Assembly (NCBI GenBank): GCA_036490475.1
Contig: DASXDT010000004.1
Coordinates: forward strand, 23,797-87,796
DNA: 64,000 nucleotides
DNA from: Candidatus Tumulicola sp.
GTDB taxonomy: Bacteria > Vulcanimicrobiota > Vulcanimicrobiia > Vulcanimicrobiales > Vulcanimicrobiaceae
Reading direction: 5' to 3'
The position numbers and the translations under genes are program-made. Positions 34,067 through 43,137 of the stretch are shown in pieces (within the stretch, counting starts at the first letter, position 1; each line of letters begins with the position of its first letter). A model generated the notes under the pieces. That model was not told the DNA's origin. It made no database searches and saw nothing but the letters and a program-made list of their open reading frames with translations.

Positions 34067-35401
34067 TTATAGGCGCGAGGTTGCGTCGTCGTCTTCCTCT
34101 TCTTCGCTGGGATCGGGAGTGCCGTTGGAAAAAATGCGCACGGCTAAGATCCGGCGGCCGCGCATGCGTTCGACGCGCAGGCGTGTAGCGGCGTCTCCAA
34201 CGATTTCTTCGCCTTCTGAAGGCAGCCGGCCGAAGCGTCCGACCGTGTACCCGCCGATCGTCTCGAAGTCTTCGGTTGGAATGTTTGTATGCAAACGCGC
34301 GTTCACGTCTTCGATATTAGTGCCGGCATCTACGATCGCTTCGCCTTCGGATACCACGTGAATGGCCTCTTGTTCGTCCTCGTCGTGTTCGTCGCGAATC
34401 TCGCCGACGATCTCTTCGAGCAAGTCTTCCATCGTCACGAGTCCGGCCGTTCCGCCATATTCGTCGACGACGATCGCCATCGAGAACTTGTCGCGCTGCA
34501 TCTCGCGCAACAACTCGGCGATCTTCTTGCTCTCGGGCACGTGGACCGCAACCCGCATCAGCGTGCGTAACGGCGTGTTCGCCAACGAGCCGTTCGCCAA
34601 GGCGACCAACAGTTCGCGGTCGTGTACGACGCCGACGATGTCGTCTTTGGATTCCTGATAAACCGGCAGCTTGGAGTAGCCTTCGGCGATGACGACGTCG
34701 AGCACGCGACGAGCGGGATCGGTCACCGACACGGCGACCATCTCCGGACGCGGCTTCATCACTTCCCGAACGATCGTATCGCCGAACGCCATGACCGAAT
34801 GAATCAGTTCGCGCTCTTCTTCTTCGATCACGCGTTGTTCGGCGCCGACGTTGACCAACGTGCGGATATCTTCTTCGGTTACGTACATCTTGTTGCCGTG
34901 CTTGATGCCGAACGGCCGCAACAGCAACTCGGTCGCGAACTGAAATGTTTGCGCGATCGGGTTCAGCACGAGAGCGGTTCCGCGAATCGCCCCGCCGAGA
35001 ATCAGCACCCATCGCTCGTTGTCGGCGGTCGCAACCATCTTGGGTATAATTTCGCCGAACAACAGCATGACGGCCGTCATGAAGACGGTCGAGACTACCG
35101 CCGCGGCCGGCAGCGAGAGTTCGATGGCCATGTAGGTTGCCAGCGAATCGGCAGCCAGCAGAACGATCGTGTTGCCGACCAGAATCGATGTCAGGAATCG
35201 ATTCTTGTCGTCGACCAGTTGGAGCACGCGAGCGGACCCACGGAGCCGGCGCTCGGCCATGGTGCGCGCGCGCAGGCGAGAGACCGAGATCAGGGCCGCT
35301 TCCGAGGCTGCGAAAAAGGCCGCAAGCGCGACCAGCAGCAGCAAGATGGCGAGGTGGGCCCAGAAGACCTCGGGACTACTTCGATACGAGTCGGTGTTCA
35401 A
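34067..35401 (-). CDS. CNNM/HlyC-CorC family transporter-like protein (DUF21 + CBS pair + CorC_HlyC)
   Basis: TTG 35401 just after the upstream stop. AAFFAASEAALISVSR...NRFLTSILVGNT (DUF21), CBS region, C-terminal TIGGYTVGRFGRLPSEGEEI. Confidence 0.85.
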   Translation of the reverse strand: MNTDSYRSSPEVFWAHLAILLLLVALAAFFAASEAALISVSRLRARTMAERRLRGSARVLQLVDDKNRFLTSILVGNTIVLLAADSLATYMAIELSLPAAAVVSTVFMTAVMLLFGEIIPKMVATADNERWVLILGGAIRGTALVLNPIAQTFQFATELLLRPFGIKHGNKMYVTEEDIRTLVNVGAEQRVIEEEERELIHSVMAFGDTIVREVMKPRPEMVAVSVTDPARRVLDVVIAEGYSKLPVYQESKDDIVGVVHDRELLVALANGSLANTPLRTLMRVAVHVPESKKIAELLREMQRDKFSMAIVVDEYGGTAGLVTMEDLLEEIVGEIRDEHDEDEQEAIHVVSEGEAIVDAGTNIEDVNARLHTNIPTEDFETIGGYTVGRFGRLPSEGEEIVGDAATRLRVERMRGRRILAVRIFSNGTPDPSEEEEDDDATSRL

Positions 35402-35411
35402 ATCGGCGCCA

Positions 35412-36203
35412 TTATAACACAACGTGCGGGCGGACGAGGACGTAGATCGCCACCGCGACGATCGTTCCGAGCACGGCGCCCCAGAGAACCTCGAAGGCGC
35501 TGTGGATACGGGCCTCGACGCGAGTCTGTGCGACGAGGAATGCCACGAAGTAGCCGAGAGCCGCAGCCAGCGGCTTACGATAGAAGAGCGCCAACATCGT
35601 CGCGACGGCGAACGCCAGCGCGGCATGACCGGAAACGGCGCCGCCCTGTAACGCCGATCCGCGCCCAAAGCGCGCCTTGAAGAAAATCGTTGCGATTCCG
35701 ACCACTGCGATAACGATAAGCGCGATATTGGCCGGAACCTGCTGCACGGCTTCGAAAACGGTCTGGCCGCCGCTGAGCAGTCCCTGATAAAAGATCAGAT
35801 AGCCGGCGATGACGGAGCCGGTGGCCGCTACCAGCACCGCGCCGGCCGCTGCGTCTTTGGCCGTCTTGGCCAATGGATGGTGCGCCGTGGTAAGCAGATC
35901 GACGATCGCCTCGATCGCGGTATTCACCAGCTCCATACTCAGTACGAGCGCCACGAACGCGACCGTCGCGATGACGTAGGGACGTTCGAGTCGCAAGACC
36001 AACGTCGCGAGCAACACCAACGCCGCGATGATGAAGTGGATTCGCATGTTGGGTTGCGTGCGCGTCGCATGGATAATGCCATCGAACGCATGTGAAAACG
36101 AGCGCCAGAATTTACTTTCGTCGATACGAACGTACTCGGGCCGGCGCCGCTTAGGGTCGACTTCGAGATCGGTCGCCGAGGGATCGTCTTGCGGATAACG
36201 CAT
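35412..36203 (-). CDS. dgkA: DgkA-family lipid kinase fused to a PAP2-like phosphatase module
   Basis: WRSFSHAFDGIIHA...MELVNTAIEAIVDL...AKDAAAGAVL (prokaryotic DAGK/undecaprenol kinase), then KARFGRG...VSGH...TRVEARIHSAFE resembling PAP2 motifs C1-C3. Confidence 0.8.
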   Translation of the reverse strand: MRYPQDDPSATDLEVDPKRRRPEYVRIDESKFWRSFSHAFDGIIHATRTQPNMRIHFIIAALVLLATLVLRLERPYVIATVAFVALVLSMELVNTAIEAIVDLLTTAHHPLAKTAKDAAAGAVLVAATGSVIAGYLIFYQGLLSGGQTVFEAVQQVPANIALIVIAVVGIATIFFKARFGRGSALQGGAVSGHAALAFAVATMLALFYRKPLAAALGYFVAFLVAQTRVEARIHSAFEVLWGAVLGTIVAVAIYVLVRPHVVL

Positions 36204-36213
36204 CGGCTAACAG

Positions 36214-36669
36214 CTATGCGTCGTACGGCCACGGCAGCGCGATGGCGGCCGCTAGCCGGCGTTCCTCACGTGTCATGACTTCTCGCTCGCGTTGTTCTTC
36301 GTGATCGTGCCCCAAAACGTGCAGCAATCCGTGGATGAGCAAGCGGTACAACTCGGCTTGCAGTTTCGCGTCGTAATCGGCGGCTTGGCGGCGCGCGGTG
36401 TCGATCGAGATGACGACGTCGCCGAGCAATCGCTCGGGATCGCCATCATCGCGCGGGGCATCCGGTTCGAGCGGAAAACTCAACACGTCGGTCGGCGAAT
36501 CTTTACCACGGTGCTGCTGGTTCATGACTCGAATGGTCGCGTCGTCGACCAACGTCAAGGAGATCGACGAGCCGTCCTCGCCGCAAGCACCGAGTAGCGT
36601 TTTAGCGGTGGCGACCAATGCGCGGCCATCGACGCCGCTGCGCCGGACGCGATTTCGGTAGTGGATCAC
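36214..36669 (-). CDS. ybeY: rRNA maturation endoribonuclease YbeY
   Basis: TDVLSFPL...LLIHGLLHVLGHDHE. Confidence 0.9.
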   Translation of the reverse strand: MIHYRNRVRRSGVDGRALVATAKTLLGACGEDGSSISLTLVDDATIRVMNQQHRGKDSPTDVLSFPLEPDAPRDDGDPERLLGDVVISIDTARRQAADYDAKLQAELYRLLIHGLLHVLGHDHEEQREREVMTREERRLAAAIALPWPYDA

Positions 36670-36676
36670 CAGTGGA

Positions 36677-37624
36677 TCACCGCTCGAGTTTTACCTGGTA
36701 GGCGCGGATGATCCGCGATACGAGCGGATGCCGCACGACGTCGCTTTCGTTGAGTTCGACGACGCCGACGCCTTCGACCCCGGCCAGTCGGTTAGCCGCG
36801 TCGCGCAAACCGCTACGATCTCCCGAGGGTAGATCGACTTGCGTTGCGTCGCCGGTGACGACCATCGTGGAACCCGACCCCAGCCGAGTAAGAAACATCT
36901 TGATTTGATCCGATGTGGCGTTCTGCGCTTCATCCAAGATAACGAATGCGTCGGACAGCGTGCGGCCACGCATGTACGCGAGCGGCGCGATCTCGAGCGT
37001 CCCGCGCTCCATATACCGGTTGACGATGCCTTCCTCGAGCAACTCCGCAAGCGCGTCGAACAACGGACGCATATACGGATCGAGTTTTTCTCGGAAATCG
37101 CCGGGAAGAAAACCTAGTTTCTCGCCAGCTTCGACCGCAGGCCGCGATAAAATTATTCGCGACACGTCGCGACTCTTGAGCGCTCGAACGGCCATCGCTA
37201 CGGCTAAGAACGTTTTACCCGTACCGGCCGGCCCGACGCCGACCGTCAGCGTGTTGTGCTCGATGGATTCGACGAAGGCGCGCTGTCCGTTGGTGCGCGG
37301 GCGAATTTCGGTACCACGCTGCGTTCGAAGCAACGTGCGCGGCACTTCGCTAGTCTGCGGACGCTCGTGAACGTCGGCGATTGCGAGCCGCACGTCGTCG
37401 GGCGTAATGTGCGCACCGTCGACCGCGGCTGAAAGCACCCGGCGGACGACGCGTTCGGCACGCTCGACATCGGGAGCCTCGCCGGCGACCAGCAGACGGT
37501 CCCCATCGGCGTGGAGCGACACTTTCAGGGCGGATTCGATGGCGGAGAGGTTGCGATCGTACTGTCCGAACAGACGGACGCGATCCGGCAAGCCCTCGAG
37601 TTCGATCGTTCGTTGAGCGGTCAA
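36677..37624 (-). CDS. phoH: PhoH-family ATPase
   Basis: Walker A GPAGTGKTFLAVAMAV, LSRPAVEAGEKLGFLPGD, ILDEAQN. Confidence 0.9.
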   Translation of the reverse strand: MTAQRTIELEGLPDRVRLFGQYDRNLSAIESALKVSLHADGDRLLVAGEAPDVERAERVVRRVLSAAVDGAHITPDDVRLAIADVHERPQTSEVPRTLLRTQRGTEIRPRTNGQRAFVESIEHNTLTVGVGPAGTGKTFLAVAMAVRALKSRDVSRIILSRPAVEAGEKLGFLPGDFREKLDPYMRPLFDALAELLEEGIVNRYMERGTLEIAPLAYMRGRTLSDAFVILDEAQNATSDQIKMFLTRLGSGSTMVVTGDATQVDLPSGDRSGLRDAANRLAGVEGVGVVELNESDVVRHPLVSRIIRAYQVKLER

Positions 37625-37632
37625 CGAGCGAG

Positions 37633-38130
37633 TTATTCGTTGCGCAGGGCGAGAGGCTTTCCGATGACTTCAGAAAGGATGACTGCGTCGGCCAGCCTGC
37701 GGCGATTGCTCAGCAAAGCGTCGATTGCAGATGTCCGGCGTGGAGGCCGTTCGTCGATCAGGTGCATCATCGGCTCGGCGGCGCCTATGACAAGGGACGC
37801 AGGCATTGGAGCCGCGGGTGCGACCGGAGCCGTCGGTGCGGAGGGCGAGGCGGACGGTGGCGCCTGCCGGGCCGGCGCCGCTTGAGCCCTCGAGCCACCC
37901 GGCGGCGTCGGAGCGAGTGAAGCCGGTCGGGGCGACAACACGGTCGCTCCGCCGGGTCCTACTCTCACCGTGACTGACTCGGCGATTCTGCGAGCTTCGG
38001 CGAGAGTACCAGCCACGCCGGCGGACTGCGTTGTCTTCGCGGGAGCGTTGCGGCGGGCGCTCTTCACGATGCTCGAAACGACACCGGCGAAGATGACGAT
38101 CGCCCAGACGACCAGGCCGAAGTCGTGCAT
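37633..38130 (-). CDS. membrane-anchored Pro/Ala-rich hypothetical protein
   Basis: N-terminal helix FGLVVWAIVIFAGVVSSIV, then a low-complexity P/A segment. It sits directly downstream of floA. Confidence 0.5.
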   Translation of the reverse strand: MHDFGLVVWAIVIFAGVVSSIVKSARRNAPAKTTQSAGVAGTLAEARRIAESVTVRVGPGGATVLSPRPASLAPTPPGGSRAQAAPARQAPPSASPSAPTAPVAPAAPMPASLVIGAAEPMMHLIDERPPRRTSAIDALLSNRRRLADAVILSEVIGKPLALRNE

Positions 38131-38133
38131 CCG

Positions 38134-39135
38134 CTATTTCGGCAGCTGGGAGCCCGGTGAAGAATCGGTATTGCCGTCGACCGTGCTTCCAATCGAGGAG
38201 CGCATTTCGGTGTCGGCTTGCATGTTCTTCAGACGGTAGTAATCCATCACGCCCAGATGGCCGCTGCGAAACGCCTCGGCAATCGCCTGCGGAATGGACG
38301 CTTCGGCTTCGACGACCTTCGCGCGCATCGCTTGCGTCTCGGCCTTTTGCTCTTGTTCGGCGGCCATCGCTGCGTACTGCCGCTCGGACGCCTTTGCTTG
38401 CGCGATTCGGCGGTCGGCTTCGGCTTGGCTCGTTTGAAGATCGGCACCAATGTTTTTGCCGACGTCGACGTCGGCGATGTCGATCGATACGATCTCGAAT
38501 GCCGTTCCGGCATCGAGGCCCTTGGCGAGAACCGCCTTACTGATACGGTCCGGATACTCGAGGACTTCTTTGTGGTCGACCGCCGCGCCAACGGCTGAAA
38601 CGACGCCTTCACCAACCCGCGCGACGATGGTCGGCTCGCCCGCACCGCCGACGTACCGATCCAAATCGCTGCGGACGGTGATTCGCGCTTTCACATTGAG
38701 CTGAATACCGTTTTGCGCGACGCCCTGAAAGATCGGTGTCTCGATGACCTTCGGATTAACCGACGTCTGCAGCGCTTCGAGTACGTTGCGGCCTGCCAAG
38801 TCGATTGCGGCGGCGCGCTGCCACTCCAACGGAATCTGCGCGCGTTGAGCGGCGATCATTGCGAGCGTGACATTCTCGATGTTACCGCCGGCCAAGAAGT
38901 GCGACTGCAACTGATCGACCGTCAAATTCAAGCCGGCCTTGCGAGCACGAACGTAGTTCGTGACGACGATGCTCGGCGGAATTCCGATCAACCGCATACG
39001 AACGAGCGCGATGATCCCCAACGGGACGCCCGCGGCGATCGTACGGATCCACAGACCGACTGGAAAGTAATACAGAAACACGAAAAACAAAATGACCGCA
39101 ACGACGATAATAACGCCGGCGCTGACTGCAATCAT
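38134..39135 (-). CDS. floA: flotillin-like protein FloA (SPFH domain)
   Basis: [33 protein letters not shown]...[19 protein letters not shown]...[12 protein letters not shown], the UPF0365/YqfA pattern. Confidence 0.85.
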   Translation of the reverse strand: MIAVSAGVIIVVAVILFFVFLYYFPVGLWIRTIAAGVPLGIIALVRMRLIGIPPSIVVTNYVRARKAGLNLTVDQLQSHFLAGGNIENVTLAMIAAQRAQIPLEWQRAAAIDLAGRNVLEALQTSVNPKVIETPIFQGVAQNGIQLNVKARITVRSDLDRYVGGAGEPTIVARVGEGVVSAVGAAVDHKEVLEYPDRISKAVLAKGLDAGTAFEIVSIDIADVDVGKNIGADLQTSQAEADRRIAQAKASERQYAAMAAEQEQKAETQAMRAKVVEAEASIPQAIAEAFRSGHLGVMDYYRLKNMQADTEMRSSIGSTVDGNTDSSPGSQLPK

Positions 39136-39144
39136 GAACGGCTC

Positions 39145-40467
39145 CTATTGGTAGCTCGGAAGAGTAACGGCTTCGACGAATACGCGGGCACCTTCGACGC
39201 GAACGACGCGAATCGGCGTGCCCTGTGCGATGAATTCACCGGCGGTCAGCACGTCGACGCGCTTCGCGTCGATCGTGGCGATTCCGGCCGGACGCAAGAA
39301 CGATACGGCGGTACCGGTTCTTCCGGCCAACGCACTGAGGTCGGCCGCGGTAACATACTCCGGACCTTGCGTCGCGCCAAGTGCCAGCCGATGCGCCCAC
39401 GCATTTTCGGGCAAGCGCTTCAACAACATCGAATACACGATGACGGCGATCACGATCGCCGTCGCAAGCGTTTCGACCGCGACGAAAAAGAACGGCAGCC
39501 CGAAGGCCAGCAGCGAACCGAGTAACAAGCACAAGACGCCGACGACGCCGGGCACTGCGTGACCCGGTACGACGTGCAATTCCCATAGAATCGCCGCCAC
39601 TCCGGCCACCGCCAAACCGATCACCAGCGGGCCGGCACCTCCGGATATGGCGTGGCCGCCAAAAAACAGCACCAGCGCGACGACGCCGACGGCGCCCGCC
39701 ACACCATGGAGCGTTTGCATCTCGATCAGTAAGCCGACGAGTCCCAACGCGAGCAGGATCGCACCGGCGACTGGACTGCTCAAGAATCGGACGGCAGCCT
39801 CGCTCCAACTGTATCCCTGCACGAGTTGCGGGTTGGCGTTGAGCTCGGACAACGCCAACGCGGATTGGAGCGTCGGAGCCATCGCCTGCGCGATATTCGC
39901 GCGCACGGCGTCATCGCCGTCGAGTGCCAGCACCGTACCCGAATTTTTATACTGTGGCACGTCGACCGACGGATCGACCATCGCAGCAGCCAGTTGCGCG
40001 GGTTTGTGCGTTCGTTGGGCGGCCGATTCGAACGCCGCGCGTATCTCGGCGACTTGGGATCCGATCGCGGGTACCGGTTCGGCCGAACCGATCGAGGCTT
40101 GCGGCGTCACGACGATGCGGTCGGCATTTAGCGCAATCAGCGCGGCTATGGTGTCGGCCCGGCCATGCACGAATGCAATAACCGGGACGCGCGCCTTGGC
40201 GATCGCCGCGCGAATCGCTGCCGCCGAAGCAAAAGAACCGCTGGCGTTACCGACGTCGAGAACGATGGCAGCGGCGGAGCGTGAATCGGCGAGATCGACC
40301 GAGCGACGAAGCAAGTTCGTCGTGCCGGAGTCGACCGGGCCGGAAATCGGGACGACGATAACGTCACGACCCGACGAGGACGTTGCGGCGGCCGACGCGA
40401 CCGCGCCAACGCCCCAAAGCAATAGAGCCGCGACTCCAAAGCGGCGAACGAACGGGACGACCTTCAT
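39145..40467 (-). CDS. NfeD-family membrane-bound ClpP-class serine protease
   Basis: Signal peptide, ClpP-like head (VIVVPISGPVDSG...AAIVLDVGNASGS), multiple TM helices, C-terminal OB domain (GRTGTAVSFLRPAGIATIDAKRVDVLTAGEFI). Confidence 0.85.
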   Translation of the reverse strand: MKVVPFVRRFGVAALLLWGVGAVASAAATSSSGRDVIVVPISGPVDSGTTNLLRRSVDLADSRSAAAIVLDVGNASGSFASAAAIRAAIAKARVPVIAFVHGRADTIAALIALNADRIVVTPQASIGSAEPVPAIGSQVAEIRAAFESAAQRTHKPAQLAAAMVDPSVDVPQYKNSGTVLALDGDDAVRANIAQAMAPTLQSALALSELNANPQLVQGYSWSEAAVRFLSSPVAGAILLALGLVGLLIEMQTLHGVAGAVGVVALVLFFGGHAISGGAGPLVIGLAVAGVAAILWELHVVPGHAVPGVVGVLCLLLGSLLAFGLPFFFVAVETLATAIVIAVIVYSMLLKRLPENAWAHRLALGATQGPEYVTAADLSALAGRTGTAVSFLRPAGIATIDAKRVDVLTAGEFIAQGTPIRVVRVEGARVFVEAVTLPSYQ

Positions 40468-40541
40468 GCTGGTGGATACCGAGGGGCGGCGACAAAGGTT
40501 ACGTCGCGGCCCTCCTTCTTTGACGCAGGAGGCGAGCTGGG

Positions 40542-40991
40542 CTATTTCGGGTCGAGTTCTTCGCCGACGATCTGTCGTACGGCGTTGCCGTCGGCCAATC
40601 CGCGCATCTGCGGTAAGACCACTTTCATAACGGCGCCGACGTTGCGCGAGCCCTCGGAAATTCCCGCGATCGCGGCTCGTACGGCGTCGCGAATCTCTTC
40701 CGACGATTTCTGCGCCGGGAGATATTCCACGAGAATCGCTCGCTCGGCACGTTCTTTATCGGACAGATCGGTACGGCCGGCCTTATCGAATTCGGCGGCC
40801 GAATCGGCACGCTGCTTCACGAGGCGGCCGACGACGTCGAGCTCCTCTTGGTCGCTTAGGTCCTGACCGGCTTCGGAGCGCTTGTACGTGAATCCCGACA
40901 ACGCCGAGCGGAGGGTGTCCAAACGAAGCTGGTCGCGGGCTTTCATCGCCGCCTTAAGGTCGGCGGCGATGCGGTCTTTGAGGGTTGCCAT
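40542..40991 (-). CDS. GatB/YqeY domain protein
   Basis: LKDRIAADLKAAMKARD...LSDQEELDVVGRLVKQR...EYLP...MKVV. Confidence 0.85.
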   Translation of the reverse strand: MATLKDRIAADLKAAMKARDQLRLDTLRSALSGFTYKRSEAGQDLSDQEELDVVGRLVKQRADSAAEFDKAGRTDLSDKERAERAILVEYLPAQKSSEEIRDAVRAAIAGISEGSRNVGAVMKVVLPQMRGLADGNAVRQIVGEELDPK

Positions 40992-40996
40992 CGCGT

Positions 40997-41167
40997 CTAG
41001 GTCCGACGCTTGCGCGCGGCGGCCGACTTCTTCTTTCGGCGAACGCTCGGCTTTTCGTAATGTTCGTGCTTGCGCGCTTCGGCCAGGATACCGGCCTTCT
41101 GGGTGGCTTTTTTGAAACGGCGCAGCGCGCTCTCGATCGATTCACCTGGAGCTACGCGTACTTCCAT
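40997..41167 (-). CDS. rpsU: 30S ribosomal protein S21
   Basis: [56 protein letters not shown]. Internal ATG of track ORF 40997..41209. Confidence 0.9.
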   Translation of the reverse strand: MEVRVAPGESIESALRRFKKATQKAGILAEARKHEHYEKPSVRRKKKSAAARKRRT

Positions 41168-41210
41168 ATTATTCGACACCCCCTCGCGACGCGGCCGTGC
41201 ACGGCACACG

Positions 41211-41234
41211 CAAAATTAGAGCCCGTGTGGGCTC
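41211..41234 (-). terminator. possible intrinsic terminator after the HIT gene
   Basis: The minus strand reads GAGCCC-ACAC-GGGCTC followed by TAATTTTG. The stem is short (6 bp). Confidence 0.35.
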
Positions 41235-41286
41235 GAACACCAACGGTAGCACAGGCCCGCTCCGGGCGTCAAATCGCCGCAGGCTC

Positions 41287-41634
41287 CTACCCGGGCGGCC
41301 ATGCCAGCGGACGCCCGGCCAACACATGCACGTGGACGTGCCCTACACTCTGCCCGGCCATCGGGCCACTGTTCACGACCAAACGAAACCCGTCTTCGCC
41401 CCCGCGCTCGCGTCCGATCCGAGCGGCGGTCGCGAACAACTCCGACAATAGGGCCGCGTCGCCGCTAGTAGCCAGATCCGCGACGGTGTCATGGTGGGCC
41501 TCAGGAATGACCAACACGTGCGTCGGGGCTTGCGGGGTCAGGTCTTCAATTGCCAGCACGCCGTTGCCGCGATAAACGATCGTGGAGGGAATCGCCCCGG
41601 AGGCGATGCGGCAAAAAATACAGTCGTCGCTCAT
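41287..41634 (-). CDS. HIT-family nucleotide hydrolase/transferase
   Basis: CIFCRIASG...PQAPTHVLVIPEAH...GQSVGHVHVHVLAG (HxHxHxx triad). Confidence 0.85.
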   Translation of the reverse strand: MSDDCIFCRIASGAIPSTIVYRGNGVLAIEDLTPQAPTHVLVIPEAHHDTVADLATSGDAALLSELFATAARIGRERGGEDGFRLVVNSGPMAGQSVGHVHVHVLAGRPLAWPPG

Positions 41635-41646
41635 CGTTGCCTTCGG

Positions 41647-43137
41647 TCAGCGGGTTCGAATGAAGAACGTCCACGACTTCGTGTACGCGTTGCCGGCTCC
41701 ATCGGCGACGCGCACCGTCACGCGGACCGGGCCGTCGGGATACCCATAGGCCGGCAGATAGTGCACGAACTGCGACGTGCGAACGGCGTCCGACGTCACG
41801 TCGTGTCCGTTCACCACAATTTGCACGCTCGACGGGCTCACGGGTACCGCATCCGTGCTAAACGTCGCGTAGATCGACGGGCGGTTGTCGTTGACCGTTA
41901 CATTGTTGTCCGGCCCGAAATCCGAAACGCCCGGCGGCACGCTCGAGGCCGAAAACAGCGAGGGGGCTTGGGCTTGCAACGACCCGGAGGCAACGCGTAA
42001 CCGGCCGATCACCGGAACGGAATCGAAGTTCGCGCCGCGTGGTATTGCGTAGCTGCCGTCGTAGACGCCGGACGAGCTTTCGCGCATTGCAAGATTCGAG
42101 ACGTACGACCCGATGTCGAACGTCGCCGAACCACCCGCCGGACCGCGCATCACAACGTGTAACGTTTCGTCCGCGCGCAGCGGACGCGTCGCGTCGGTCG
42201 ACACCGACAGGCCGTTTTGCACCGGCGTTCCTTGAATCTGGCGGCTGGCCAAAATTTCGCGGACTTCGTTCGTCTCGACGTTGTATCGCACGGCAACCAT
42301 GTCGCCCGCCCGCAGATCTGCAAAGCCGGCCGCGGCGCCGTTGAGCGACACTTCGACAGTACGCCCGGGCGAGATGACCTGTCCGCTGTCCAAAACAAAC
42401 TCGTTCCCGCCGACGGCCACGATCCTTCCGTCGTGCGAGCCAAACGCATCCACGATGCGCTCGACACGACCGTCTTTGCGCATCTCCACGCGAGCGAAGT
42501 CTCCGGGACGCACGTCGCCGAGTTCGCCCGGCGTCGTAACGTTGGCGTCGACATCTTCGATCTCGATGATCGCGTTAGGAGCGATCGAAACCGTTTTCGG
42601 CCCGCTGAAATACCCGAACGTCAAGGTCGGCGGATTTGACAAGAGATCGACGGCAGCCACCGTTCCGACACGCGTGTAACCCGAGCCGGTCGAGGATAGA
42701 CCGGTGTCCGATCGTCCGACGAGTTGCGCCACGATCGTCACGACATTCGAACGGCGGTCGAACGTGGCTTGCGCGCCGAGCACATCGGTAAAAAAGCGCA
42801 GCGGCGCATAAATGACGCCGTTGTCTTCTTGAACCGGTTGATCCAGTTGCACCTGAACCGAATCGATTGTTGCAGTACGGCTACCGACAACCAGCGTGGC
42901 GGTCTTCGAGCCGACCTGGGTTACGAGCCGGCTGCCGTAGCGGTTAAACGGCAGGCCGAGTGCGATCAGCGTTCGGCGTACCGGACAGAAGAGAACGTTC
43001 TTATCGAAGCGCGGCGCGGGATCGATCGGCAACGCGTTGCCGTTGATGACGATCGAGATCGGGTGCCGGCTCGGCGCGGGCGCGCGAACTGCCGGCGCGG
43101 TCGATGTGGCGGCGGCCAGAACGATAACGGCTAGCAC
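41647..43137 (-). CDS. secreted protein with copper-amine-oxidase N-terminal-like domain and Ig-like repeats
   Basis: GGAGGA then GTG 43137 gives MLAVIVLAAATSTAPAVRA. INGNALPIDPAPRFDKNVLFCPVRRTLIALGL and VIYAPLRFFTDVLGA are typical of the Cu_amine_oxidN1 stalk domain. Confidence 0.7.
   Translation of the reverse strand: MLAVIVLAAATSTAPAVRAPAPSRHPISIVINGNALPIDPAPRFDKNVLFCPVRRTLIALGLPFNRYGSRLVTQVGSKTATLVVGSRTATIDSVQVQLDQPVQEDNGVIYAPLRFFTDVLGAQATFDRRSNVVTIVAQLVGRSDTGLSSTGSGYTRVGTVAAVDLLSNPPTLTFGYFSGPKTVSIAPNAIIEIEDVDANVTTPGELGDVRPGDFARVEMRKDGRVERIVDAFGSHDGRIVAVGGNEFVLDSGQVISPGRTVEVSLNGAAAGFADLRAGDMVAVRYNVETNEVREILASRQIQGTPVQNGLSVSTDATRPLRADETLHVVMRGPAGGSATFDIGSYVSNLAMRESSSGVYDGSYAIPRGANFDSVPVIGRLRVASGSLQAQAPSLFSASSVPPGVSDFGPDNNVTVNDNRPSIYATFSTDAVPVSPSSVQIVVNGHDVTSDAVRTSQFVHYLPAYGYPDGPVRVTVRVADGAGNAYTKSWTFFIRTR

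Noticed and set aside
35402-35668. Upstream extension of the CNNM ORF (533-aa version)
   Set aside because: It overlaps the dgkA 3' end and is Ser/Arg-rich. TTG 35401 gives the usual DUF21 N-terminus.
34622-35680. 352-aa plus-strand ORF antisense to the CNNM and dgkA genes
   Set aside because: Arg/His/Asp-rich low-information sequence. The minus-strand genes carry family motifs.
39647-40630. 327-aa plus-strand ORF antisense to nfeD
   Set aside because: Ala/Ser/Thr/Pro-rich antisense artefact. The NfeD architecture on the minus strand is complete.
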